This document shows, one piece after another, positions 1 through 26,800 of a DNA stretch of 64,000 nt. Numbering within the stretch: position 1 is the stretch's first letter; each line of letters starts with the position of its first letter. Where the stretch lies: assembly GCA_003344405.1 (NCBI GenBank), contig NOWV01000020.1, positions 496,001-560,000 on the forward strand. The letters run 5' to 3'. The notes under the pieces were generated by a model, which did not search any database, was not told the DNA's origin, and was given only the letters and a program-made list of their open reading frames with translations. The DNA is from Trichoplax sp. H2. Its lineage: Eukaryota. The position numbers were made by a program, and so were the translations under genes.

Positions 1-75
1 AACTTTAGCAGACACTATGTACTGTACGGCAGTATGGGATTCTACAGTACACTGTACAGTAGAATTTGCACTCTA

Positions 76-105
76 CAGTACAGTACAGTACAGTACAGTA
101 CAGTA
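76..105. repeat. (CAGTA)6 pentanucleotide microsatellite within a CAGTA/TACTG-rich island
   Basis: Six perfect CAGTA units followed by CTGTA. Dispersed ACAGT/ACTGT words run through about 11-1440. Confidence 0.95.
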
Positions 106-720
106 CTGTAGAATTCTGTGTACAGTACAGGATGTAGAAATGCTCTTTCACAACTGTGCAGATTCTACTGGGTAAAGTTGTCCCTTTTGGGCCACCGTAC
201 GGCAGTACCTAGAGTACCTGTGTTGGTTCAAATCACGACTCTACGTCAAAAATTTGACAAAATCAAATTCATATTCAGGTACTCAAATGGGTCTTGTATC
301 TCAACATCAATGAATATTGTACGCAGTGCAAAATTGAAGCTTCAAATTTTGTTTTGATTAAGAAGCGAATTCAAAGGTACAGTACCGTCATAGACTGACT
401 ACTCAAGAAAAACTTGGATTACTTTCTCTCACTCCTCTAAAAGGAAGTTTTTCTTTTTCCAAGAGAAAGAAAGTAACCCATTTTTTCCTGATTGGTCCCT
501 GCCACAGGATTCCATTGGACACAGCAAGCAACGGCGCCTTGCCATGTGATCTACTGTACAGTGTACAGTACAAAACGTACATGAACTCAGTGACTCCGAA
601 AGTGCGAATATTGATTGTACTGTACTGTACAGTGTCACTATCATGAAAAGCGAGTACTGTACTCTGTACAGAACGCCCGTCTGCACTTACAGTACAGTAC
701 TGGACGCCCAGGCCAGGCCA

Positions 721-739
721 GGATAGGATAGGATAGGAT
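721..739. repeat. (GGATA)~4 microsatellite
   Basis: ggataggataggataggat read directly. Confidence 0.85.
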
Positions 740-1090
740 TTATTATGGGATAAGTACAGTACAAGTACTGTAAAGGGAAGGGCGTGTCCCACGCCCATTG
801 CGCTGTCAATCACCTACGATTTCTCTATTGTACCGCCCACTACAGTACAACTCTACAGTGTGCAGTACTGTCATACTGTAAAGTTCAGTCAACTCTATTT
901 ATTTACAGTACAAAGCAAACTACAAGCACCCTGCAGTGTAGTCCAAATTGCCAGCTGATTGTTCACATGGGAGACACTGTACTGTATACGGATTGCAGTA
1001 TCGATCACTATTCGAGCGTTCAACGTACTGATACTTTATTATTTATTGTCGCTGCTGCTGCTACTGCTGCCACGGTCGAGTCATGCCGTT

Positions 1091-1430
1091 CAACACGACT
1101 CCATCTACAGTACTGTACGTACAGCAGTACAGTTACAGTAGTCATCCCGCTCAACACGTCAATCGTCTTGCAACACGATTCCATCTACAGTACGTACAGC
1201 AGTACAGTTACAGTAGTCATCCCGCTCAACACGTCAATCGTCTTGCAACACGACTCCATCTACAGTACGTACACCAGTACAGTTACAGTAGTCATCCCGC
1301 TCAACACGTCAATCGTCTTGCAACACGACTCCATCTACAGTACGTACAGCAGTACAGTTACAGTAGTCATCCCGCTCAACACGTCAATCGTCTTGCAACA
1401 CGACTCCATCTACAGTACGTACACCACAGT
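1091..1430. repeat. 75-bp tandem repeat (minisatellite), about 4.5 copies
   Basis: Unit caacacgactccatctacagtacgtacagcagtacagttacagtagtcatcccgctcaacacgtcaatcgtcttg starts at 1091 (80 bp, 5-bp insertion), 1171, 1246, 1321 and 1396 (partial). Copies are near-identical. Confidence 0.97.
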
Positions 1431-1773
1431 AAATCGCTTGCAAGGCATCACAGTCAACGTTGGACATGAGCTTACACGTACCGTCACTCTCGATCAGCTG
1501 ATGACACCCAATGATGACGGAGGCTTCTTTAATAACGCCATCTTAAAACTAATATTGACATAACATCACATTTCCTTAGCTGATTCTTGCTTCTAAATCC
1601 TTCAGGATAAGGATAGCATTGAGTGGAATTCTCACTGCTTAAGCTTGGATCGAGCTATTTGGCCTGATCAGACATTAAATTGCATTGGTTCTGCTCCTTT
1701 GGCGTACACGTACAAGCGTAGAAGAGAGACGGGCTTACGACACGGCCGACCCAAGCCAGTCGTTGACTTGGAC

Positions 1774-8883
<7,110 letters not shown>

Positions 8884-10751
8884 TATGCAATTAGGCAAAA
8901 TTGATCGAAATTGACGAATTTGTTGGAAAATAATGTCATTAGTTACATTGAGAAATCATTTGTTAAGCTAATTCAAATTTATAACACTTTTCTATCTGGG
9001 CGATTGTAAAATTCGTTAATGTAGCTTTATCTTGACTTAGAAATGACTTTTTAATTCTTGTAACTGCAAAGTAAAACAAAGTTCTATACTGTTGGGAATA
9101 TTGAGAAAAAAATGATTGCTGATATCGGTTAGATGATTTCAGTTTCATAGGATAATTATAATATATTATTACGTAGCAATTATTCGTTGTCTTGCGATTG
9201 ATAACTACTAAGATATCGTGTATTTTTTTACGAAATCTATATAACCTTGAATAAGTTGACTGACTCTTGTATATGTTGTTGTTAAAGTCACAGTTTAAGA
9301 CTTTATATTTATCAGAGTAGCATGTTCTATATTAATTTCTTATTGTCCCCGATGCTAGCTACATATTTGTGCATATATAATAAAATTTACGGTATGGTCA
9401 TGTATAATAGTGAACTAACAGTTTACAGTAGCAATGCCGTAATTGAGTATTATGCTATTCATGTAAAGCTGCTTAAAATACCATACCGGTACTGTAGGAA
9501 AGCGAGTATGTCAAAAAGATCTGGCAATGTACCGTACTGTATAAAAAATATTCCTTGTATTACATGTAGGATTTGGTCAATTTTGTGCAATGCTGGATAC
9601 TAATCTGACGGTTAAATTTTAGAATTTTGCGTTTAGATATAAATTGGCTATGTAAACTGCAGTAATATAGAGCTTGGTACAAAAACAATTTGAAATCTTT
9701 TCCTTGATATTGTTTATCAGCATATTTGAAATAAAATTTGTAATAAATAATCTTTAGGTCACAAATTATTTAAATTAAACTACCCTCGTAACAATGTTTG
9801 CTTGATACTGATTTAAGTAATCATAAATTTTGCGCGGGTCTGATCGCTTACCGTAATTTATTAATTTTTAATTTTATAATTATCTATAAAGAATGAAGTG
9901 AGATCATTTTAATGACAATATTATAATGTACATAATACAAGTCTAATTAGTATGTATTTGCATGTTATGGTAATACTTGTACTATTTCGTAGGTAATTAT
10001 AAACTGAAAGATTATTTTTCTTTGAGACATTCACTTCATATTAATAAAGTAAGTTAGAGAACAAGACAATAATAATTTAGCTGGCTTTCATGTATCATTA
10101 ATATTTTTGGAGAAAGTGTAGACTTGAATTCCAGTAAAACTAATGAGAATAAATAGCTAGTGTCGCTTGCGATAGTAAAAAGTGAAAAATCTTTGCAATT
10201 TATCAGTAATAAAACCTAATGGATTTATAGGTTACCGGATATCTGTTAGGGTTAAATTTTGCCAAGATCGGTCTTATTTATAAATTTAATTAATAAAGGG
10301 CAACTAAAAGTCCATATCCAATTGTACATATCTTTAAAATACTTCTAATATTCAGGAATTCCAGGATCAGGGTGCATATGCTTACAGTAAACAAAAAGAG
10401 AATGATAAACAAATTTAAATGGTATTTAGTAGTGGTGTTTAGTATGGTTAAATTAAGTACTGTAGTGCAATGACAAGCTGTGCAATTTCAATCATTGCTA
10501 TTAAAAATATTGTCATATAAAGTAGCCAATAATATTTATAGCTACAAAATTATCCAAATAATCACGGTCAGTGACGTATTAAATAATAAACCAAAGGTAT
10601 AGTGTTGAATTGATTTTTACTTGTTAATTAGTTGTCATCCATTTTTTTCTCCCAACAAGGTTCTTCTAGACCTGACATTCTTCTCGGTTTCAACTGAGTC
10701 TGTTCACTCCATTTCTCTTTTTCTTGGCAACAAAATCAAAACCAGAATAAC

Positions 10752-17490
<6,739 letters not shown>

Positions 17491-19169
17491 TGTATCCACT
17501 GAAATTACTACTCTTTCGTTGTCATATAGTCTCTATTTCTAGAGATTTTCATCTATCAATGACCTTTATTTTTTCATTTTTTTAGTAGAGTAAAGTGTTG
17601 ATTCTCTCTTAATGACAGCGTTAAAAGTTACACGAGTATCGATCATTTTGTTTTGTTGTTATTACCGTATAGACCTAGAACTAATTCTCAGTGGATTGTA
17701 TGATTTCTATCGGTTCTAATTTGTTAACTAGAATAGCTGCTTTAACACATCTAAAATAGTGGAAATATATATCGCTATTTTTGTTCTAGGTATAACTAGA
17801 CATAGCGGTACAAGATAATTTCCAGCAATTTTAAAATAAAATAGCGTCTTTCATTTATGAAGAATGTTTGTATCTCCTCATTGAGTATGAGATTGGATAT
17901 TTTTAGAACGATGTGATTGACAGATAAGAAATGTTTCTTGTTTAAATTGAAATTGCTTCGATACTATTTCCCTGATTCTCAAGAGTTTTACATTTGTTTA
18001 TCGAAGAACGTAAGCTAGAATAAGTATCTTAATAACTTTGGGGTGGGTAAAAATTACTTTAGGATGCTAATAAAAGTGAGATCTGTTTTTTTAATTGTCT
18101 TCCATGAACCATTAATATAAAATCCAAGTTGCGTCAATGATAATCAATTACTCTATAATTCGATATATTGTACGCGAATAATTATTAATTATTGATGAGT
18201 CTTGATATATTTTAGCGATCAGGTATTATGGCATTGCAATGCATAGCAGCTTAGACTAAAGCTAAAAGCAAAGAATACTAATATTGACCGATATAACTAG
18301 CCTATGATATAAGATTGAATGCAGGGTTTGTTTTGGCATCCATTTTGAGGTTTTGTAGTTACTTACTACCCTTATGAATACATTTAGATAGTTAGGCTCA
18401 TAAATTTTCTCTCTTAAAAAGTATATCTTACATTTGATTATTACTGCTCCGAGTAAAATTTGACGTTCGAACAACGGCAACTGTATATACAGATTAAGAC
18501 TAAATTCTAAAAATTTAGCAACATTTGACTAAGTTCATTGCTTGCGGCCTTCTTGCTTAAAGTATACCGTACGTGCTATAAAAAATGAGATCATAATCAA
18601 TCCGAGTATTACAAGAATTAATATTTAGATGGCAAGATCATGAATATCAAGGCTAATACCCCGAAACTGAAGCATCTTTAATAGCGATTTGCTGTTAATT
18701 TCTTTTCCAGAAATGTAGATTTCTAAAAATTCTAGGATATTATGCCAGTGAATACTCCAGGAAAATGGCTATAAGTATCAACTATTTCGTAAAGATTCAA
18801 TAGTGATCTGCTCGTACTTGCTTACAATTTCTGTTCTTTAGAGATAAACTTTCATAGGTGTGATATGATGAATATGTAAGGATTGATGTTCGAATATAGC
18901 AATCATTAATATGGGTTATACTGCAAGAACTCTATAATAGCTTGATTTACTCGTATATTTCTCCATTGGGAAGTAAATTTAGGTGTCATATGACCAAAGT
19001 AGGAATTTTATACGCGAATATATTTAGTATATAAATTAACTGGTCTATATTTCAATACTCTTAATCGATTTTATTGAATATTACAAAAACTCTTTCTTAG
19101 AGAAGTTACGATACTCTACATAGTTGTGAGAGTAAGAAAATTTAAGTAATTATTTACCCTTACAATAGA

Positions 19170-19740
19170 ATAATCATTAAATTTATTTAGAGCTCTACAC
19201 TATCTTAATCAGCAGCTTGATTATAAATGTCTAACCTGGGACATAAATTATAGCAGTACATCAAGTTGGTGTGTTTAAACCTTTATTAGTGCTCAATGAA
19301 ATGTTTGGCGATGCTATTTTAAAAGTTATACAATGTTCTGAATCTCTATGTACTAATAAAACTTTCCTTTAACATCTGTTAGAAGATAAATTATTATAGG
19401 AATAAAATTTTAAGCAGTTATTGCTTCTGAAATGGGGCGATTATTAAGTATAGTTGGAAGTTCTATATACTATCTGGATCAGCAATCGAATTGCATAAAT
19501 CTAACCTGAAATATGAACTTGTACGTCAGGTTGATCAGCTTGAATCTTCATCAGCGCTCAAATAAGGCGATTATTAAATTTAGTTGGCAGCTTTATACTA
19601 TTTTGGTCGGCAGTGTGATTACAAATGTCTAATCTGGAACATAAATAATAACAGTAGATCTTGATCAGTTTGAGCTTTCATTAGCGCTCAAATAAGATGA
19701 TTATCAATACTATTTTAGGCATTCTACATTATCCTGAATC
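19170..19740. repeat. Degenerate ~130-bp repeat, 3 recognisable copies, possibly a relic of leucine-rich-repeat exons on the minus strand
   Basis: Recurring blocks (..tctaacctg/tctaatctg..ttgatcag..agcgctcaaataag..) near 19170-19300, 19436-19565 and 19566-19700. Minus-strand translation gives LDICNH..IKLPTKFNN with stops. Confidence 0.5.
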
Positions 19741-20815
19741 GCTATTCGCTAATAAACTTCCTTCTTGAAAAGTAAACTACCATCATCAAGTACCATTACC
19801 AATTTATGTATCCACGAAATACTATACATAGTTATCAGCGGTATTTCTAGGAACTGCATTATCTGCCTTAAATCCGTAGCGAGTTGGCAACTATTTGCGA
19901 GGCTATACTCTCTAAAAGGCCAATAAGAACAGCAGGAGTCTACTCTGCTGGATAAACAGAGATGAAAATGAATTTCCACCCATAATTATACGTAATGAAA
20001 ACATGCAGATATTGAATCGTAATAACAAGGAAAGATCAAGGTACACTACGTCATTAAGCCATAAATTGCAGTAGTTATCAAGGCAGATTTCTTTCTTGTA
20101 TACCCATGTAGTGGACGAATTGACGAAGGCTTGTTGGAAATCTTTTAAAATATTGGCAAACTGATTGTTGGGCCGTTTAATTTCTACATCTCTGTTTTTT
20201 GAAATAAAAAGCCTTGAGATATTCAGAGTAAGATCATAAATAATCAATCTCTGCCGCTTATAATTCATACTGTGGTTTGTACAAACGTTAATGCCATGAT
20301 AGAATTGCATATACATTAGTTCAAATTGAAGGTTATTAAAAGTTAAAAAGTTCTCGATGATTAATCTCGATAGGGAGAGAAAATCGTCGAAAAACGGATT
20401 TTAATTTTAAACTGAATTTCTAGAATTGTTAATAGATTGTCCAAGTTTTTATAGAACATCGCCAACCAATTCATCTAATGTTTAATTAATCTTATATTAT
20501 GGAATATCTTGATTGAGAATGGATTATCGGAATAGAAATTATTTTATGCTAATAATAGACCTAAGACATATAATCCAATTCTTGTTGCTGATGAACTAAC
20601 AAACTCGAAAGTCTACTGCATGTTAATTTTTCCCATTAGTCTTATTCAAAGTTAGTTTTATGGCTGCTAAAATCGTAGCAGGAAGAGTTTTCAGTTTGAA
20701 GTCAATACTAGATACTATTGCTTTAGCCGCGATAATCTTTATTGAAGAATATGGATAATTTATAATTTCATGCTGAGGAATGAAAAGATCACCATATAAT
20801 TGCTATTAGGCCGTA

Positions 20816-23800
20816 ATGGTTCCTCTTCGCGGAGTTCAATTGATCTGGATTATTGCCTTGATAATCTTACCTTTCCTATGTCATCATGTTACGACTGGTA
20901 AGCATTGAAAATGAGAAAAATTAGATAGCTATTACACTAATTCTATGCTATGGACATTCTAGCGTACTACTACTACCACTTCTACCCATCAATTCTTTCA
21001 TTTTTTATGGCGCCATTCATTTGATCAATATAAACTCAGTAATATTGATCAAGGACTAATAAACTGAAATTAGTTGTAAAATATAATACTACTTTTACCT
21101 TTCAGTTAGAGCAACTCTAGAAACAGAATCTTTATGCATTTTGTAGTTACCTTTGCTACGCCCAAATTGTGGATTTTTTTGGCTGTAGCTGTAAAAAACT
21201 TTTCTATGCTTATCTTTTACTAACGGAACTAGTGCGACTGTAAAACACTCTGAATACCTTTCAAAAGTTTGCTCTAGTCAAAGCCATAGAATAGAATGGT
21301 AATCTACAATTATCAGGGAAATTATAAATCCGAATGAAACAAGAATAAACTGAAATGCTCCTAGAATCTGCAATACAGTCTTCGTAAATTTCTATTTATG
21401 AATTCAACCTATAGACAACAGCATATAGTTATCTAATAGTGGCTGTGGAATACTTTTTTCCTCTCATCGCTTGACTGGTTCAACTTTGGCGATATATAGT
21501 GAATTCTGTATGTGCTTTCAATTTACTCTTGATTTATTCGGAGTTGATGATTTTCCTTTAGTAGTGGTTGTTAAATACTTAAAATATCGCAATACCGTAT
21601 AAAGGATAGGTATCTTATATAGGCTATCTCTAAATACATATTAATCTACATAATTCCATGTTAGGCTATAGTGCTGTATTTAATAGGACGACAGCACCAC
21701 GTATTAATTACGTGTGTATAAATATACGCTTATAAATGGATATATATCCAATTAGATATATGATGGCTACACAACTATACATAAACTACTGTGGTTATAT
21801 GTAGATTTTAATAAAGTTATTCACTACCGTGCGATCTAATTAATGTACTGTAGATTTCATTTTACATTTTATCCTATGGATACAATTGACGGTTATGACA
21901 AATTGCCCTATAAGTAAATCGCTGCCTCTATGCTAGTCACTGTAGTTAGAATAATTTATACTGTATTCTATAATTAATATGAATTTCATTGATGTGCTAT
22001 CTTATTGGGATAATTATAGCAGATTGCCCCGTCATTAATTCTCTACGTCGTGGTAAAATCCAGGGTAGTGGCATAACACCTGGTACTAAATTAACTTTCC
22101 TATGTAATCAAGGCTATCGATTAGTAGGAGCAAACGAGACTGAATGCCTCAGTTCTGGCCAATGGTCCAATGCATTACCTGTCTGCAAAGGTAGAGCAAT
22201 AGCGCAGACGAAATTTTGAAATATCTGCAGACTTTCAAATTGTGTATATTACACTCTTACATTTCGGAAGATGTTGGTAATTCACTATATAAATATTTGA
22301 TGTCATTATTCGATCGTTTATATATTTAGACATTAACGAATGCAAGGAAGGCCTAGCAAAGTGTAATGTCTCGAGTTGCATCAATAAGAATGGTTTCTAC
22401 CAGTGCCAATGTGCACAAGGATACGTGTGGAATCGTAAGAATGAAATTTGTACAGGTAAAGTTATAGAGTTTAGTTAGAAGATTCTTTATTGTTTCAAGA
22501 CAGAGGTGTTACTATTCGTCCACTGCCTAGATTCCTTAAACTAAATTAATCCTAAGAAATGGCCTTGTCGAGCTTGACATGGTAACATTTTATGTAATCA
22601 ATGAGAACTTATCTTACTAATAATGCTCATTAGACCAGGTGGTATGATACATCCTCAATCCAAAACATTCTCAGCCGTCGTCGATCATAGATCATATTTG
22701 TCTATGCATTCATCTATAACCATTAAATATTGCTTACATTTAGTACAATGGCCCAATTTTATTTGATATTAATGCTACAATAACTAACTGTGCTCATTAG
22801 ACCAGCTGTATAATATACGAGTTTATCAATCTAATATATTGTTGATCTTCGATCAGGGATATTATTTGTTTTTCTATTCTTCCATAACTACACATTGCTC
22901 ACGTTAAGACAGTGGTCTATATTTCATTCGATATTAATGCCTTTATTAAATATATACGTACATATGATGAATGTGCCCTAGAGGCATACATTTTATTTGC
23001 CGATATCCTAGATATACGGTCTATATTAATGATGCTGTTTATCGCTTGCTAAAGTACTTTTTGGATTATAACATTGTAGATATAAATGAATGTAGTAAGA
23101 AAAATCGACCTAAGAATTGTCCAGATTCTCGATCTGGCTGCACCAATTTACCTGGTGGATTTAATTGCACTTGCACAGGCGGCTACGTACACTTTAATGC
23201 TACTTTTTGTCAAGATATCAATGAATGTACTAGCAACCTTTATAACAATATATGCAATCATAGTCAGCATTGCATTAATACGGAAGGAAGTTATCAATGT
23301 ATTTGCAAACAAGGTTATAGAAATTCATCAACGACTGGTTGTAGTGACATTAACGAATGCATGGAAAGTAGCCATAATTGCACAAGCAATCAACAATGCA
23401 TCAATGTCGGTGGCAGCTATAGCTGTCAAGAACTATCGCTATCCAGTGAAGAATTGCAGAAATGTGCAGCAAGTAAGTTGAATATCGGATTGGAAAATAG
23501 CCTTAAGCTGTTTAAATATGCTTATAGTTGAGTATACTGATATAGAGGTAGTAGAGTAGATAAAATACGGAAAACTATTACCGTAACAGTTTTGTAGTCA
23601 GTAAATGGATGAACTAATTATAACTACAATAATAATTGACAACATAAGAGAAACTGTATTAGTTATTTCGACCATTGCTGTTACTTATAGGTAATGGTAG
23701 TACTTGTCAAGCAATTACTCAATTTCAAGACGGCTCTGTCTCTGGTAATCGCTATTCTTGTGGAGCTAATATTTCGTTTACTTGCAATAGTGGATACTAT

Positions 23801-26800
23801 CTTACGGGTAGACCTATTCTATACTGCTTATCCAATGGAAGCTGGTCGCATTCCTTGCCAAACTGTAGTGGTAAAGCAAAAATTTCGATTAAAAAATACT
23901 GAAAAATTATCGTCTAGTTATATAAAAATCGCATATTTCTTTTGGTAGATGTTGATGAATGCATTAATAATAAAGATGATTGTCAAGCACCAGCCTTTTG
24001 CTATAATACTGTTGGCTCCTTCCAGTGTCAATGTCCGGCCGGTTATAAAATCGATACGAGAACAACTTGTCAAGGTTTTACTGTATTCTATTAATCTTCT
24101 CTTTACACTGCATAATAGCCTATCCATCGTTATGGCTGCATAAACATTTCATTTATAAAGCTATAACAATCGTGTCCTCAATAAGTAGAATTGATTAAAT
24201 CCTTATTTGATTCATTTATATCTGCAAAAGATATCGATGAATGTTTCCTCAACACTCATAAATGTATTGCTCCTGCTACATGTCGTAATCTACCTGGCAA
24301 CTATGAATGCCAATGTCCTAATGGATATGTTCTTGCTAAAAATAAGCTGAGGTGTAAAGGTACAGTATTGCTTAATTAAGCATTTACCATAATTTTAGAT
24401 GCTAGCGATGAGAATTACTCAGGATTGTTCATATTTCAATGCACTTTATGAGTATGTATTTTAATATAGAGTCTACACTAGTAATAAGAATATCATATGT
24501 ATAGGCATCAGGCATCTGAAGTTGAAATATTTTTAACGATAAATTGGGATAATTAAAGTGCTAATAGTGGAATATACTGTACATTTTTCAAATAAAATGA
24601 AAGTAACACTGCTACGGAAAGTAAAATATGTATCCAGTGTTCTATAACATTTGGTATTATTAATCAGGGTGTTTAATAAGATCTCAATCACCCACAGTAA
24701 TTGCTTAAACTATTAAATTGCTGCAATTTTCAAGGTAGTTGTATATTGCAAATTTTATGGTCTTTGTTTACAATAAACGATCTGCTTTAGTATACGATGA
24801 ACGCTTAGGTTTGGTATACAGCACGATATATTAGTTAGCGATCTATATATGTCCTGTACATTCGTTTTATAGAACCAACAGTACGCAAGCGGATGTATAT
24901 GGGTTACTTCATAAATTTATTATTCTGCGAGTATAGCTAATTGGCTGAAAAATAGTAATATTTTATTATTTCATAACTTTGGATTGCTTACATTAATCAG
25001 AAAGTGGTGTTTGGATTATTAAAATTTTCTTCTTCGTATTATACATGTTGTGGTGGACTTTTTAAGCTGCGGGTGTTGACCAAATGAGTAATACTTAAAG
25101 TCGTTACTAATTTTTTCGTTTATAACTATATATTTTCATCAGCTAAAGGCTGCCAGTATTAACGATGTAAATAGCATTTTAAAATTTTACTGATGTTTGC
25201 CTTCATAAATAGAAATCTTGATTCACTGGATTGCCAAGGCTAATCTAGAGGAACAGCAATTAGAAAGTTGCTAACACAGAATCTCAGATGCTAATGCTCT
25301 ACTATCTTTCCAATAAAAATGTGCCAAATATATTCTATTAGATGATTACATTTCCGTTCATCTAGAAAACTTTACCAACAGCGATAATGTTAATTTTTAT
25401 CTATATAAATGTAAATTTTTGTTCATGAAAATGCCATTACCGGTGTAGTAAACATATTAACTTTAGGTTTATATTTTACTATCTTAATTAAAGGGATATT
25501 TTATTCCGTTGTTATTTTATCATTCTTGATTAATTATTTCTAATCGATTCTTAAGCAAAGTTTGATTGTAAATGAACATTTTCTCAACAGATATCAACGA
25601 TTGTACGAAAAAGAATAATCCTTGCCATGCTCAAGCGACTTGTACTAATCTACCTGGCTCATTTAATTGCACTTGCAATGCCGGCTATACTGGGGATGGA
25701 TTACATTGCGAAGATATCAATGAATGTAATAGCACGATTTCCTGGCCGTGTTATCCACATCAAACTTGCGAAAATACTTTAGGCTCTTATAAATGCGATT
25801 GCCAGGAAGGCTACCGACAAATTAATGATACCACATGCACTGGTAAAGAGTCCTTGATGAATTTTAGATTATTAATTTCCAGAATTATACTCTGGTATCA
25901 TGAGATGAAATTATTAAATAAACTCATTCCATGCATTATCAACCTCTTTTTTTATCTTATTACTACGTGATATAGCTCATCACTATACCAATTTTCTTTC
26001 ATGTTGCTTATATCGGATATTATGGTTGTTACAATTTCAGATATTGATGAATGCAAGATCGGTATAGCTAGGTGTTTTGCGCCTTCGTACTGCCAAAATT
26101 TACAAGGCTCATTTTATTGCGCCTGTCCTGCAAATAGTATACAGCCAACAAATTGTAAAAGTAAGTAAATTTAATGACTTTGCCTAGTCATTACAATTCC
26201 TAAATGATGGAATTGTCTTACGGATTATGTCGTATTGATAACTAAGCGAATCTTGATCGTTACTCCTTTCTTTCTGTTAAAGAAATTACATGTCCAACGG
26301 TTACTTCTATTTCCAATGGTAAAGTAGTAGGAAGTGATTATTCAATCTTTAAAAGCCTTGTATTTTCTTGCGATTCTGGATATGAGTTACAAGGAAGGCA
26401 CAATATTACCTGTATGCAATCCGGTAATTGGTCAAGCCCTATTCCTAAGTGTCAAGGTATGAATTATTATAAGCAGGGACTGCTAGCGATAGCAATCTTA
26501 GTAACTACAAGTCCTTCCTTTATTGATAAAGGATCTCAATTGCCAGTTATAGTTGATATTATTTCTTCAATTTTAGAGACTTATTTCCGGATTATGAGGT
26601 GTAAATTTTATGTTCCATGCTTGTATCTAGATTTTTCACTTACTCTTTTCTGTTTGGTGCTCCTATAAATTTGTCATTTTTATCATTATAAATTACATCG
26701 AGTAAATCTGTAATAAGAATTTAAACAAAGATCATTATGAAGTATTAGGAATTAAGTAATCATACACTATCGGTATAAATACTATCTCAAAATTAACTTG

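Noticed and set aside
400..445. tRNA-like end suggested by the translation 'GVRESNP' on the minus strand
   Set aside because: No GTTCRA T-loop or cloverleaf could be built.
1091..1430. CRISPR-like array
   Set aside because: Units are contiguous and near-identical with no unique spacers, there are no cas genes, and the context is eukaryotic.
784..1563. 259-aa and 128-aa ORFs with 25-aa repeats
   Set aside because: They are a by-product of the 75-bp (3n) minisatellite and stop-poor CAGTA sequence, are open in two frames, and show no recognisable domain.
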